A stretch of DNA of 62,000 nucleotides, taken from contig OX597814.1 in assembly GCA_951406725.2 (NCBI GenBank), positions 169,342,001 to 169,404,000 of the forward strand, written 5' to 3'. A model generated the notes under the pieces. It had not been told where the DNA came from. It did no database searches and worked only from the letters and a program-made list of their open reading frames with translations. Shown one piece after another: positions 1 through 11,793 of this stretch. Both the position numbers and the translations under genes were made by a program. How positions within the stretch are numbered: position 1 is the first letter of the stretch; every line of letters begins with the position of its first letter. Source of the stretch: Octopus vulgaris (taxonomy: Eukaryota).

Positions 1-61
1 TGCCAATATATACTAATTTTACAGTATAAATTGATTTGCCTAATAATGGTTTTATCTCTAA

Positions 62-112
<51 letters not shown>

Positions 113-115
<3 letters not shown>

Positions 116-352
116 ACAACTTATAAACAAGGGCAAAAGAAAATTATTTCCATGTCAATATGCTGATAACAGACTCTTAAATTGTCAATTTCCACATATC
201 ATTATATACTCACTGTTGACTAGCTTCCTGATTTCAATACAACATATTTCTATAGTGAGTATATAATGATATGTGGAAATTGACAATTTAAAAGTCTGTT
301 ATCAGCATATTGGCATGGAAATAATTTTCTTTTGCCCTTGTTTATAAGTTGT

Positions 353-355
<3 letters not shown>
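113..355. repeat. Foldback element: 102-bp inverted arms (113-214 / 254-355), 39-nt spacer, embedded in (TA)n
   Basis: Arms are reverse complements with 2 mismatches (one G-T, one C-A); (TA)n on both sides. Confidence 0.92.
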
Positions 356-411
<56 letters not shown>

Positions 412-425
412 GTTCAAATTTACAG

Positions 426-592
426 AAAAACAAAAGATGAAGACAGGTGTTGGAACAACAAGCAGGTGTATTGGTTTAACACTTTGGAAAAATGGAGAAG
501 TCTTTTACATTTCCTGCTTATGCTCTTCAACAGAAAAGAATAAGAAGAAAAAATGGAGAGAGAACAACTGTGAAATTCAGCAGTCCAACATG
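426..592 (+). CDS. Candidate host-gene internal exon (product unknown)
   Basis: tttacag|...ATG|gtgagt splice signals; one frame open throughout (KQKMKTGVGTTSRCIGLTLWKNGEVFY...QQSNM). Confidence 0.4.
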
Positions 593-667
593 GTGAGTTG
601 ATTCTTTTATTCTTATATTCTTTTATATGTTTCAGCGTTGTGGCTGTGGCCATGCTGGGATAATAAA

Positions 668-698
<31 letters not shown>

Positions 699-803
699 TG
701 TATGTATGTATGTATGTATGTATATATATGTATATGTAGGTCCCGGGTTGAGTCGGGGTTAACCACAGTAAATAAGGTACTCAATACATAGCAGAGTAAA
801 TTA

Positions 804-914
804 ATTTATTTTATAGAAGGAGCTTCTACAGGACTAGAACTGTTTCATTCAAAAGAAATCATCTTTTGAATGAAACAGTTCTAGTCCTGTAGAAGTTCCT
901 TCTATAAAATAAAT
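804..914. repeat. 53-bp inverted repeat with 5-nt loop, probably an inverted Penelope-type terminus
   Basis: 804-856 pairs with 862-914; only deviation is one G-T wobble. Confidence 0.9.
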
Positions 915-929
915 ATATATATATATATA

Positions 930-1311
930 GGTGCAGGAGTGGCTGTGTGGTAAGTAGCTTGTTTACCAACTACATGGTTCCGGGTTCAGTCCCATGTGCG
1001 GCACTTTGGGCAAGTGTCTTCTACTATAGCCTGTGAGTGGATTTGGTAGACGGAAACTGAAAGAAGCCCATCGTATATATGTATATATATATATGCGTGT
1101 GTGTGTTTATGTGTCTGTGTTTGACCCCTAGCATTGCTTGACAACCGATGCTGGTGTGTTTATGTCCCCGTTACTTAGCGGTTCGGCAAAAGAGACTGAT
1201 AGAATAAGTACTGGGCTTACAAAAGAATAAGTCCTGGGGTCGAGTTGCTCGATTAAAGGCGGTGCTCCAGCATGGCCGCAGTCAAATGACTGAAACAAGT
1301 AAAAGAGTAAA

Positions 1312-1313
<2 letters not shown>
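930..1313 (+). mobile_element. tRNA-derived SINE, family A, full length
   Basis: A-box-like TGGCTGTGTGG and B-box-like GGTTCAGTCCC head, internal (TA/TG)n, AAAGAGT tail; at least 10 similar copies in the window. Confidence 0.9.
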
Positions 1314-1348
<35 letters not shown>

Positions 1349-2193
1349 CTTTTAAGTGTTTAGAAATCTGATGATCATATGTCTCAAAAGTTTTTCTGAC
1401 ACATCAAATATTCATTATAATTTAAGAATTTTATCATTTCAGTGTCAGTGCATTAAGAACTACTCGATCGACTAATGTTTGCTTCATGTTTCTTTCATAT
1501 TTCTTTTGCATGGATACATCATCAGTATAGTTATTTTTTATTTTTCTATTACCCCTTTCATTTTGCTTATGCCTTTTCTGAAGATATACTTAAATATGTA
1601 TTTTTCAATTTTATTTTTGTTTATTTCGTTTTGGCTATTCAATATATAATTTACAAAAATTGCTGGGTTTTTTTTTTTTTTTTTTTTTTGTTAAATAACA
1701 CTGAAATAACAGAGAAAATGAGAAAGAAGAAATTTGAAAACAAAGTTTTTGTAAAGCTAATTTAGTACAGCTTAAATTTTCTAGTGTGTGATAATAGCAG
1801 AAAATTAGTTTTGATAGGTTTTTCAAAACTCAATATAGTATATCCAAAATGATTTGTGAAAAATCTGATTAACATTTGATTTAAAATATTTTTTTTTTCT
1901 CCTCTCATTTCTAGTGGTATTATGTTCACAATTTCTGAAATGTATTTCCTATTTCATATTATCATCAAAATCATCATCATCATTATTATTATTATTTTGC
2001 TTCAATATATTTTCTCTCCCTTCAAATAAATGACTGCCATAGAGATAATATGAGAAAGAATATATTTAATTTCAAATAATATATTTTAAGGTCCTCTCTC
2101 TCTCTCTCTCTCTCTCCTTCAACTGCTTCTTTTTGTCATCTGTCTAGTGCAATTCCTACCCTCCATTTTTTATCCATCCATTATCTTTTGTCC

Positions 2194-2640
2194 TTGACTT
2201 GTTTCAGTCATTTGACTGTGGCCATGCTAGGGCACTGCTTTGAGGGATTTTAGTCAAACCAAGCAACCCTATTATTATTATTATTATTATTATCATCATC
2301 ATCATCATCATCATTATTATTATTGTTTAAAAACCTGGTACTTATTCTATTAAACTCTTTTGCTGAGCTGCTAAGTTACAGGGATGTAACCACACAAAAA
2401 CAGGTTGTCAAATGATGGTGGGGGACAAATACAGACACAAAGACACACACACATAGATATAAATTCATATACATATACGATGAGCTTCTTTCAGTTTCCA
2501 CCTACCACATCCACTCACAAGGCTTTGGTTGGCCCCAGGCTATAGTAGAAAACATTTGCCCGATGTGCCACACAGTGGAACTAAACTTGGAACCTTGTAG
2601 TTGGGATACAAACTTCTTACCACACAACCATGCCAGTGCT
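2194..2640 (-). mobile_element. SINE family A, decayed
   Basis: Reverse-complement similarity to 930-1313. Confidence 0.85.
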
Positions 2641-2687
2641 TATATATTTATATAATCAAAAAGCATGTTCTTTGTCCATCTCCTTAC

Positions 2688-2899
2688 CTTCTTGGAGGTT
2701 TTAGGTAAAATTATACCAAGGTGTCCAACTGTTTTAATTTAATTTAATTCTATGTATTTATGCAGCTGAGGATTGCTCTGCATTTAAATTGTTGTAATGA
2801 TTGTATTGTTCAATTAAATGGAGTCACTTGAAACGATCATACTGCATTACCTCTGGATATTCTGTTGCTTATTTTGATTTTAATCACCGTATTTTGAAA
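2688..2899 (-). CDS. Two candidate small exons (2851-2899 FQNTVIKIKISNRISR; 2688-2728 VGHLGIILPKTSKK)
   Basis: Donors GAG|gtaatg and AAG|gtaagg; phases compatible across a 122-nt intron; second acceptor is weak. Confidence 0.25.
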
Positions 2900-3060
2900 C
2901 TGTATGGATAATACCGTACTAAATTCTGGTGCCTCAACTTAAGTACCTAATTCATCTGAATCTAAATTTTTGCTTATATATATCGTCTATCTGGATGTTT
3001 TGTTGTCACATTTTTGTATCACCTAACTGTCTGGATGTTTTGCGTTCTTGTCCCATTTTG

Positions 3061-3108
<48 letters not shown>

Positions 3109-3852
3109 TAGATAGATAGATAGATAGATGGATATATAGTGGTGTACATACACTTTGGTCTCTTATATGTAAGTATACATTTTTCTAAATCTTGTACAGC
3201 TCTATTTCTGTCTATCAGCCCTTTCACGCTCCACTCTTCGTTCTTTCATTCCCCCTCTCTCACATTTCTTTGCCTTCTCTTCTTGCTCACTTTCCCTCCA
3301 CCTTTCACTTCACTGTGTCCCTGTCATTTTTTCTCGCTCCTCCTTAATTCTTCTGTCCCTCTGCCTCTACCTCTCTCTCTTCTCTTCCCACATGACCGGT
3401 GTTCAGCCAAGACTGATCTTTCTTTCTTGGTCTGGCCATTGTCCGTGCAACATTGATATTCCTCTCTGTGCCTGTAAAATCTTGTATCCCTGCGATAACA
3501 CTTTATTTCCACATATGTCAGCTTAATTTAATTCTTCCTTACTCGAAAGACACCTGTTGTTATGTCCTGCTATTATTTTTATTGTATCTGTGTAAACATT
3601 ATCTGTTTTTTTCCATCCTTGTTTTTGTATACATTCGCTGCTTTCTTCCAAGGAATCTAATGCAAACTGTCAAATTTAGCCCAAACACCATGTATATTCA
3701 TCAAAACCAGGCTAGCATGGAAAATTGGGTTTAAAAACAAATCACAATATCTTCTCTCTGCGCACCAACCACACACTTGCATACACTCAGCAGCATGGCT
3801 ACAGTCTTTGGGTTGAAATGCATAAAAAAATAATTGAATGTATATATTATTT

Positions 3853-4262
3853 TATTCTTCTACTTGTTTCAGTCATTTTGACACTGGCCATGCTGGAGCA
3901 CCACCTTAAAGGTTTTTTTAATTCTTTTTTTAGTCAAAGCAATTGACCCTAGGACTTATTCTTTGTAAGCCTAGTACTTATTCTACCAGTCTCTTTTGCT
4001 GAACTGCTAAGTTATGGGAATGTAAACACACCAACACTGGTTGTCAAGCAATGGTGGTAGGGACAAATGGTGGTAGGGACAAACATAGACACAAAGACAC
4101 ATACACATAAATATATGTGTGTGTGTATAAAATGAGTTTCTTTCAGTTTCTGTCTACCTGATCTACTCACAGAAATTACTTGTCCAAGGTGCCATGCAGT
4201 GGGACTGAACCTGAAACCATGTATTGAGAAATAAGCTTCTTACCATGTAGCCGTGCCTGTGC
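3853..4262 (-). mobile_element. SINE family A
   Basis: Similarity to 930-1313. Confidence 0.85.
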
Positions 4263-4379
4263 CTTTTCATAAATACACATATAGTTTATTGTTTTGTTAA
4301 GGTGAGATCAACAAAAAGATAGTCCATCTAGTATGAGATGAATATCATTTAATGTATACAGTATAAAGATATTATTTGT

Positions 4380-5196
4380 TTGCTATGGAATCACATGTCT
4401 AGACAGGTTTTAATACCACACCTTATGTCTCCAAGAAATCTTCAGGTCTGAGCACATGCTCTGCTCTATTTGAAAATCAGGATGTGGATACATGAGAAAC
4501 TAGAAAAGCACTCGGAGAGCGCAAACCTCCGCCAAGCAGCTCATTTCTACCCATATACACGTATGCTGAAAATCCCCCACTTTCCCAAACCAACGCCGGC
4601 AAAAACATAACTTCATTGGTGGGGTTTAAAAAAAATAACACAGCCATATAATCTTTAAAAAAAACCCTTTAAAAACAGGAATCATCTGAAGCAGTTATAA
4701 TACATCAATGACAACAGCAAGCTAGTTTCACCATACAACTAAAAAGAAACAACAATTACCTAAAACTTGAGTGATACACACACAACACAAGTAAAATTAC
4801 TAATAGAGAAAAGAAAATAAACTTTGGAAACAGCAACACCACCATAGGTTACATTGAAATGATGAACGTGTTTCCAAGGGAGATAATCAGAGAACGTAAC
4901 GTTGTAATACTTCATGTAAAGTAAATATAACAAATGAAAAATCCTTCAAGAATCCATAAAGATTTCCGGATCACTACCAAAATTTCATCATCTGTTCCTT
5001 GTGTCATTACCAATTTTTTCTGCAAGTTTCATCAAATACAGTTCACAACTTTTTGAGTTATTTTGCACAGAGACGGACAGACGGACAACCAACGCTGATG
5101 AAAACATAATCTCCTTCCTTGGTGGAGGTAATCACGAGAAAAAACTTTTATTAAAATGTTATTAAAACCTGCCTAGACACGTGATTCCACAGCAAG
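4380..5196. mobile_element. MITE with ~37-bp TIRs, interrupted by a Helentron-type element
   Basis: TTGCTRTGGAATCACRTGTCTAGRCAGGTTTTAATA at both ends in inverted orientation; related uninterrupted body at ~46205-46320. Confidence 0.7.
4499..5132 (-). mobile_element. Non-autonomous Helentron/DINE-1-like (HINE) element
   Basis: Sub-terminal inverted CCTCC(A/G)CCAAG, (GTCY)n tract near 5' end, 3' hairpin GCGCTCTCCGAGTGC then CTAGTT, inserted in TT. Confidence 0.75.
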
Positions 5197-5371
5197 AAAC
5201 TGTTAGCAACTTGTAACTTTATCATGTGTACATTAAATGCAGAATAGGTAGATGTACCTACCAACACTACCATCAATTGCTGCATTCTTGTTCTTATTGC
5301 TATTATTACTAATATCACCCAATGTCTGGTCAGACAAAGGAGCGTGGTCTTATACAAAACTATGAGAGAAT

Positions 5372-5421
5372 GTATAGGAGGAATGTATAAGAAATAGAAA
5401 GAGAGAAAAGATGGAAAAGAT

Positions 5422-5463
<42 letters not shown>

Positions 5464-5900
5464 AGTGCAAGAGTGAGCAGGAAAAGAAATAGATGGAGAG
5501 TAAGGTGGGAAAAGAGGAGACAGTAAAAGAAACAGAGAGGGAGAGAAAAAACAGATAAAAATTGTGGAAGAGAGGATGAAAAAATATGAATGAAAAAAAG
5601 CTAAGAAAGAGAGAAATAAAGAAGAGAAGAAACTGAGGGAAGAAACTGAAGAAAAATCAGGAGAGAAGAAGAGAGAGAAAGAAAGAGAGAGAGCACAATA
5701 GTGAGAAGGAAAAGAAATAGATGATAAAAAGAGAGATAAAAAAGCAGGTAAAAATTGTGCAAGAGAGGATGAAAAAAAAAATGAATGAAGAAAGCTAAGA
5801 AAGAGAGAAATAAAGAAGAGAAGAAACTGAGGAAAGATCAGGAGAGAAGGAGAGAGGGAGAGAGAGAGAGAGAGAGAGAGAAAGAATTATATGAAGGAGA
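5372..5900 (+). repeat. Polypurine tract with ~80-bp internal duplication (5559-5639 / 5751-5832)
   Basis: Almost entirely A/G; duplicated block visible. Confidence 0.85.
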
Positions 5901-6110
5901 GTTAAAAGAAGACCTTTGTGTTAGTGATAATTTTGATCAATAAGTCTTCCTTTCAGGAATGAGATGTGTGCTGAAAGAGGAAAAATCCACGACAGCTGGA
6001 ACTGCTGAGGAATACGAGGAATCAAGAGTGTTGAATGGTAGTGGATTATAAAGAAGGAAGGATAGACTCTATGAGTGTGTGTGTGTGTGTGTGTGCGTGT
6101 GTGTGTATGT

Positions 6111-6149
<39 letters not shown>

Positions 6150-6273
6150 TGCTTGTAACAGTTGCTTTTTAAGAATTTTTTTTTAGCAACACTAGAGAAA
6201 ATGGAAATGAATATGAAGCATGTCATTGTTGTAAAGGGAGACTCTGAAAATATATAGATAGACGTATACATAT

Positions 6274-6274
6274 G

Positions 6275-6318
<44 letters not shown>

Positions 6319-6585
6319 GTTTAACGTCCGTTTTCCATGCTAGCATGGGTTGGACGATTTTGACTGAGGGCTGGCAAAACAGATGGCTGCACCAGGCTCC
6401 AATCTTGATCTGGCAGAGTTTCTACAGCTGGATGCCCTTCCTAATGCCAACCACTCTGAGAGTGTAGTGGGTGCTTTTTACACACCACCGGCACAGGGGC
6501 CAATCAGGCAGTACTGGCAACAACCTCGCTCAAATCTTTTTACATATGCCACCGGCACAGGTGCCAGTAAGGCAACGTTGGTAAC
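6274..6585 (-). mobile_element. 3' end of RTE LINE family or RTE-tailed SINE, (ATG)n tail
   Basis: Matches LINE 3' end at 34480-34680. Confidence 0.85.
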
Positions 6586-6659
6586 ATATATTGGTATGTG
6601 TGTGTGTATACATATATATATATATATATACACACACACAATACACATACATATATTGT

Positions 6660-6684
6660 GAAGGCACATGGCTTAGTGGTTAAG

Positions 6685-6723
<39 letters not shown>

Positions 6724-7039
6724 ATACATATACATATATTGTGAAGGCACATAGCTTAGTGGTAAAGGTGTTGCACTCGTGATTGCAAGATTGTGGTTTC
6801 GATTCCCAGACCGAGCGTTGCGTTGTGTTCTTGAACAAATTACTTCATTTCACGTTGCTCTGCGATCATTTTGATATCTGATATGTGGCACCCATTGCAC
6901 CTGTACAGGTAATGTCGATCTGATGGAGAGAGTGAGCTTATGTCTACACAAACATTTCATCATTATGAACAAATCATCTGCGTGGTTGTTCAGTAAAAAA
7001 TTGTTGAACCCTCATACATCATCTAACAAAGAGAGAGTT

Positions 7040-7040
<1 letters not shown>
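6660..7040 (+). mobile_element. tRNA-derived SINE family C (CORE-like), head duplicated at 6660-6690
   Basis: GGCTTAGTGG A box, GTTTCGATTCCC B box, GTGTTCTTGA..ACTT CORE-like motif. Confidence 0.75.
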
Positions 7041-7097
<57 letters not shown>

Positions 7098-7936
7098 TAT
7101 TATTTGAGGGAATAAAATCCAAACTTACAAGGAAAAAAATTCAATTTAGAAATACTAAATCAAATTTCACACAATATAATATATATAAAAAAAAATTAGA
7201 AAAAAAACACCTTTTATCAATTCAAAATGAACAATTAAATTATACCATCTAGAAAATTACATATAATAGAAATATTAAAATTAAAATAACAATAAAATGT
7301 CAATGATTAAGTAAATTGCAAAAAAATAATAAAAACGTATATGATTGGTAGAATATAGATATGGTTAGTGAGAGCTGTGCAAGCCATGTACAGTGGCTTG
7401 CAAAAGTCTACATCCCCTTTGAAAATTTATATATTTTATATTATTTAACAGGGAACAACACATTTTTTCAATTCCAATGATCGTTAAATAATAAGCAGAT
7501 CCATCACACTTTCCTTTGATATAAAAATTTCATTCTAAAAATTTCACACTGATTCTTAAAATCATATAACTTAGAAAAATGTCTTTGCAAATGTCTACAC
7601 TTGCCAGATATTATACTGTGTTATCAGGTAGTTTGTCATTGATGTATACAATCCAAAACAATCAAAAGTGACATGTGCGTTCTACCATAACAAACAAACT
7701 TGGCCAGTCTATCATTTTGCTATATAAGGAGATTTAACTGCCTACAAAATCATTCACCACATGGTTTTTCGGTATGTTAAACGATGTTGATGATGATGAT
7801 AATGATGATGATGACGTATGAGCATTCAGTTTTTGCCAAACATCCTGTATAAATGATTTGTTTATGGTGATCAAGTCTTCATGCCGCACATTAGCTCACT
7901 CTCTCCATCAAATAGACATTAAAATAAACCCATTAC

Positions 7937-8111
7937 CAGTAAAGAAAGTATATGAAAGACTTCCGAGATGAGTTCAATAAATTCACTTGCCGTGGGGAGT
8001 GAAGAATCTAATATTCCTGGCTGTTGCCCACAGCCATGCAACAACCTCTCTTTCTCTGTCTCAGACCAAAGGTTATGCTTCGAATATTTAGGTTTTGAAT
8101 TCTCACAGGAA
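7937..8111 (-). CDS. Candidate exon (SCENSKPKYSKHNLWSETEKERLL...EVFHILSLL)
   Basis: Open frame, donor CTG|gtaatg, phase fits 16314-16347; acceptor (gag) is weak and the + strand also has an open frame with a donor at 8070. Confidence 0.35.
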
Positions 8112-8216
8112 CTCAAAATGTTATGTTAATTCAAGAACAGACTTTTAGGTGATAACTCAAGTTTCCTAATTGTTCTATATTTAAGAGATGAGGAATTATG
8201 TACATTATATGCCCAT

Positions 8217-8492
8217 GGGCATATGGCATAGTGGTTAAGAGTGTGTGCTACTAACACCAAGATTCCGAGTTCAATTCCAAGCAGTGACCTGAACAATAAC
8301 CATAATAATAATAATTATAATAACAATAATAGTAATAACAAGATCAAAAAATACTTTAGAAATAAGGACCCAGGTTTGAAATTTTCCCAAGACACCTGAA
8401 GAAGGCTGAAGGGTATATCAGCTGAAATGTTGTGTTAATAACAAACAAGATGAGGACAAATGTCTGTTGAATGTAAATAATGCAAATAATGT
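8217..8492 (+). mobile_element. tRNA-headed SINE with Penelope-like tail carrying a hammerhead-like motif
   Basis: TGGCATAGTGG A box, GAGTTCAATTCC B box, (AAT)n linker, CTGAAGA...GAAA motif at 8391-8436. Confidence 0.75.
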
Positions 8493-8566
8493 CAAGTTCT
8501 TGAATTTTACTTGAAAGGAAGTTTCTATTTCACTGAAATGAAATAATTTCTGCTGCTTTATTTCAG

Positions 8567-8629
8567 CATTTTCTGACCAGGATTACTCAAGAAAGCACTA
8601 GATATTCCTCTGGAAAAGTGCATTTTCGA
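8567..8629 (+). CDS. Candidate 63-nt exon (HFLTRITQESTRYSSGKVHFR)
   Basis: ttatttcag|...CGA|gtaatt; phase 0-0, compatible with 426-592 and 13261-13425. Confidence 0.35.
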
Positions 8630-8805
8630 GTAATTATTTTGTGTTTAATTCTATGCTTGCAGTTTTATTGTACTACCAAATCAGATTCCTTGGTAGTAAA
8701 GAGATTCTTGTGGGAAAGGTCAAGAAGTTAAAACATTGATAAACAAGGTTCCTCAAAAGTGAAATGGTTCCAAGAGGCTGTTGTATTCCTTCAGTATGTA
8801 TATAT

Positions 8806-8988
8806 ATTCTTTTATTCTTTTACTTGTTTCAGGCATTAGACTGTGGCCATGCTGGGGCACTGTCTTGAATTTTTCAGTCGAATTGACTTCTTTTTTTAAG
8901 CCTAGTACTTATCCTATCAGTCACCGTTGCTGAACCGCTAAGTTATGAGGACATAAACACACCAACACTAGTTGTCAAATGGTGGTGA

Positions 8989-9029
<41 letters not shown>

Positions 9030-9200
9030 CAATGAGCTTCTTTCAGTTTCCATCTACCAAATCCACTCACAAGGCTTTGATCAGCTTAGACTTTTTTGGG
9101 GACAACCAAATCGAACCATCTCAAGGTGCCTTGCAGTGGGACTGAACCTGGAACCATGTGTTTGGAAAGCAAGCTTCTTTCTACACAGTCATGCCTGCGC
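8806..9200 (-). mobile_element. SINE family A
   Basis: Similarity to 930-1313. Confidence 0.85.
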
Positions 9201-9550
9201 CTCTATATACTGTATATATATATCACACACATAGAGTCTCTCACACGCATGCATGCACATACAAGTGAGTATACAAACAAAAGGAAGTAACACTGTGTGC
9301 TCAGTAAGAGTTACTTATATTTTATAGTAATAGTTTGACTCAGCTCCATCTGACTTAATGTTTCATGGGCTTATAGGATGAATCTATCTCATCGGTTCAT
9401 GAAATATTTGTGGTGGCTTGGTGCTTTTATTCAGTTTCTGTCTTCTTGATAGGACATTGTCCGTTGTCAAAATACATAATTTTATACAGAAAGTATTTAT
9501 AATTTATGCCTACCATGAATAAATAAATAAATAAATTAAGTAATTAATAA

Positions 9551-9584
<34 letters not shown>

Positions 9585-9627
9585 TATAGAAAAACCATTA
9601 TTCCCTCTAAGTTTGGAGTTTTATTAT

Positions 9628-9744
<117 letters not shown>

Positions 9745-10323
9745 TACAGAGAGAGAGAGAGAATTCACTTTGTAGAGACACTATGAAAAAGACTGTCTGA
9801 TACAGACTATATAAATAATAATTGACAGACAGACAAACATACAGATGGATAGATAGATAGAAGGAATTCTGTGTGTCTGTGTTTGAATTAAGAGAGATGT
9901 TGGTAGAATTGAGTAAATAGAAACCAAAATGAAAAAAAAATCTGAACAATTTTATTCAGAGAAATATTGGAGAATTCTGTCTGTGAAATGTCGTTAGTGT
10001 TATTAGCAAAATGCTATGATCGTCTGTTTAATAGACTGTGCTCGTCTGTTTTTAATAGAACTGTGATCGTCTGCCTTTTCACCATTATTCAAGCAGACGA
10101 CACTCAAGTATATACTTCGTTGTTAGATGTCTAGCACTGCATCAGTCAATGGTTCGTGCCACCAATAACATCGTTTAGATGTGTACTAAACACACACACA
10201 CATAATTTTATTTCTATCATGTATTACTGCACTTCACTTAAGAATTTTTTAGGCAAAGTGTGGATGCAATTGGGGCAAGGTTTGTGAACTTAACTTTAGC
10301 TTGAAATTCTACGTTCTTTCCTC

Positions 10324-10740
10324 GGATCTTTTCAGTTTGAACGGCAGTTTTTAACATAATTTCTAGGTGACAAAAAAATTTAAAACTTCGTATAATGGTA
10401 GAATGTGTTTAAAAGCATCTTTTTCTCTTGGCTTTATTGAGAAAATTCTATAGTTTGTAAGATATTTTTTGTTTTCTTTTCTTCAATTTCTGCAATTTCA
10501 ACCAATCACTGACGTCTATTGAGTTAAAAAACATTCTGTGCCATATGAATATGTCCCTCGTTTAAGAAACAGATTGGGTTTATTTACATTTGTGAAGAAA
10601 AAAAGATACTCTTCCCCCCACCCCTAACCTTAACCCTAAAACAGATTGCTATGCAACAGATCAATACTAGGGTCATAATTATGGGTGACAATTTCATATG
10701 ACACCACTAGAAAAAACTGCCGTTCAAACCAAAAAGATCC
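10324..10740. mobile_element. MITE with ~28-bp TIRs
   Basis: GGATCTTTT..GTTTGAACGGCAGTTTTT / AAAAACTGCCGTTCAAAC.AAAAGATCC. Confidence 0.8.
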
Positions 10741-11128
10741 CTTTCCTCCGTCAGTGTTGCTTGCCACGGATATATACACACAGTTATTCCATTTTAGACT
10801 TACTTCCTTAAAAAAAAATTAGCCTACTGAGAAACATTTTCATCTGTTGTACGACTTTCATAACTGCCAGCAATTTTGAGGAGTCGGTTAATCGATTAAA
10901 TCAATCCCTATACTTGACCGGTACTTCATTTCATCGACCCCGGAGGGATGGAATGTAGAATTTGACAATGCTTGACAAAACAGTAATTCCTCGTATAAAC
11001 TGTTTTATCCAAATATATGACAAAATATCAATAACTGATCCATATTTCTAATGTCGGAATTCTCATTCAATTGAATGGTAAATTTAATACTTTTGGCAGT
11101 TATTTCAATAAACTGCTGAAATTAGTTA

Positions 11129-11793
11129 CAGGTCCTTGTCGACTTACGACCTATCCGACTTACGACCGATTGACTTTACAAAGACTGATGTGTCAGCTCC
11201 CGGTAGCAATAATAAATAGTTCAGTTGAAATCTAATGAGTTTAATTTCTTAGCAATTAACCCATCTATGGACGATGTCAGCTAACAAACGTTTCCCCTAG
11301 GTTTGGTTATTGATCGTCACTGTGTTGGATGACTATCCTGTCACGGAGATATTGAGGTACCACATATTTTTTTGTAAGACGACCGCTTCAGACTCTGAAA
11401 TTTTTGACTAACGCCTGTATAATAGTATAATACAGAATGATGTGTGTAACCATTACCTGTGAATGTACCTTACCCTTTTGTTACTGTATTTATTTTGAGA
11501 TGCTCTGTGTTTCTTCCAATTATTTTAAATATAACAAAGAATTTAGTAAAATAACATTGTTATCATTAAGCTAGTGTTAGGAACATAAATTGTGACTAAG
11601 ATTTAGTGGAAGATTTGAATTCAAAACTTATGAAAACAAGACATTTATACTAAAGAGCCAGAGCCGGTTTCAGCCGGGTTGGTAATGAAAGGGTTAAGAA
11701 TGTAAAATTATAAAACAAAGCTATGTAGGCCTATAGGTCGACTTTCAACCAGTCAGTCAGAACCAATTATGGTCATAAGTCGATGACAACCTG
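11129..11793. mobile_element. Tigger/pogo-like MITE with TA target duplication
   Basis: TA-CAGGT...TCGACTTACGACC / GGTCATAAGTCGA...ACCTG-TA. Confidence 0.75.
11473..11693. mobile_element. piggyBac-type MITE nested in the Tigger-like element
   Basis: TIRs CCCTTT(T/C)(G/A)TTAC; TTAA on the right, degenerate on the left; same TIR as 50434-51481. Confidence 0.75.

Noticed and set aside
930-1000. tRNA genes at SINE heads (here and at other copies)
   Set aside because: A/B boxes are present, but there is no complete cloverleaf and each continues into a SINE body
8574-8576. In-frame TGA as selenocysteine (IF*PGLLKKALDIPLEKCIFE)
   Set aside because: No SECIS or selenoprotein motif recognised; another frame is open without recoding
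10622-10640. Telomere-like CCCTAA repeats
   Set aside because: Only about 3 imperfect units, internal to a MITE
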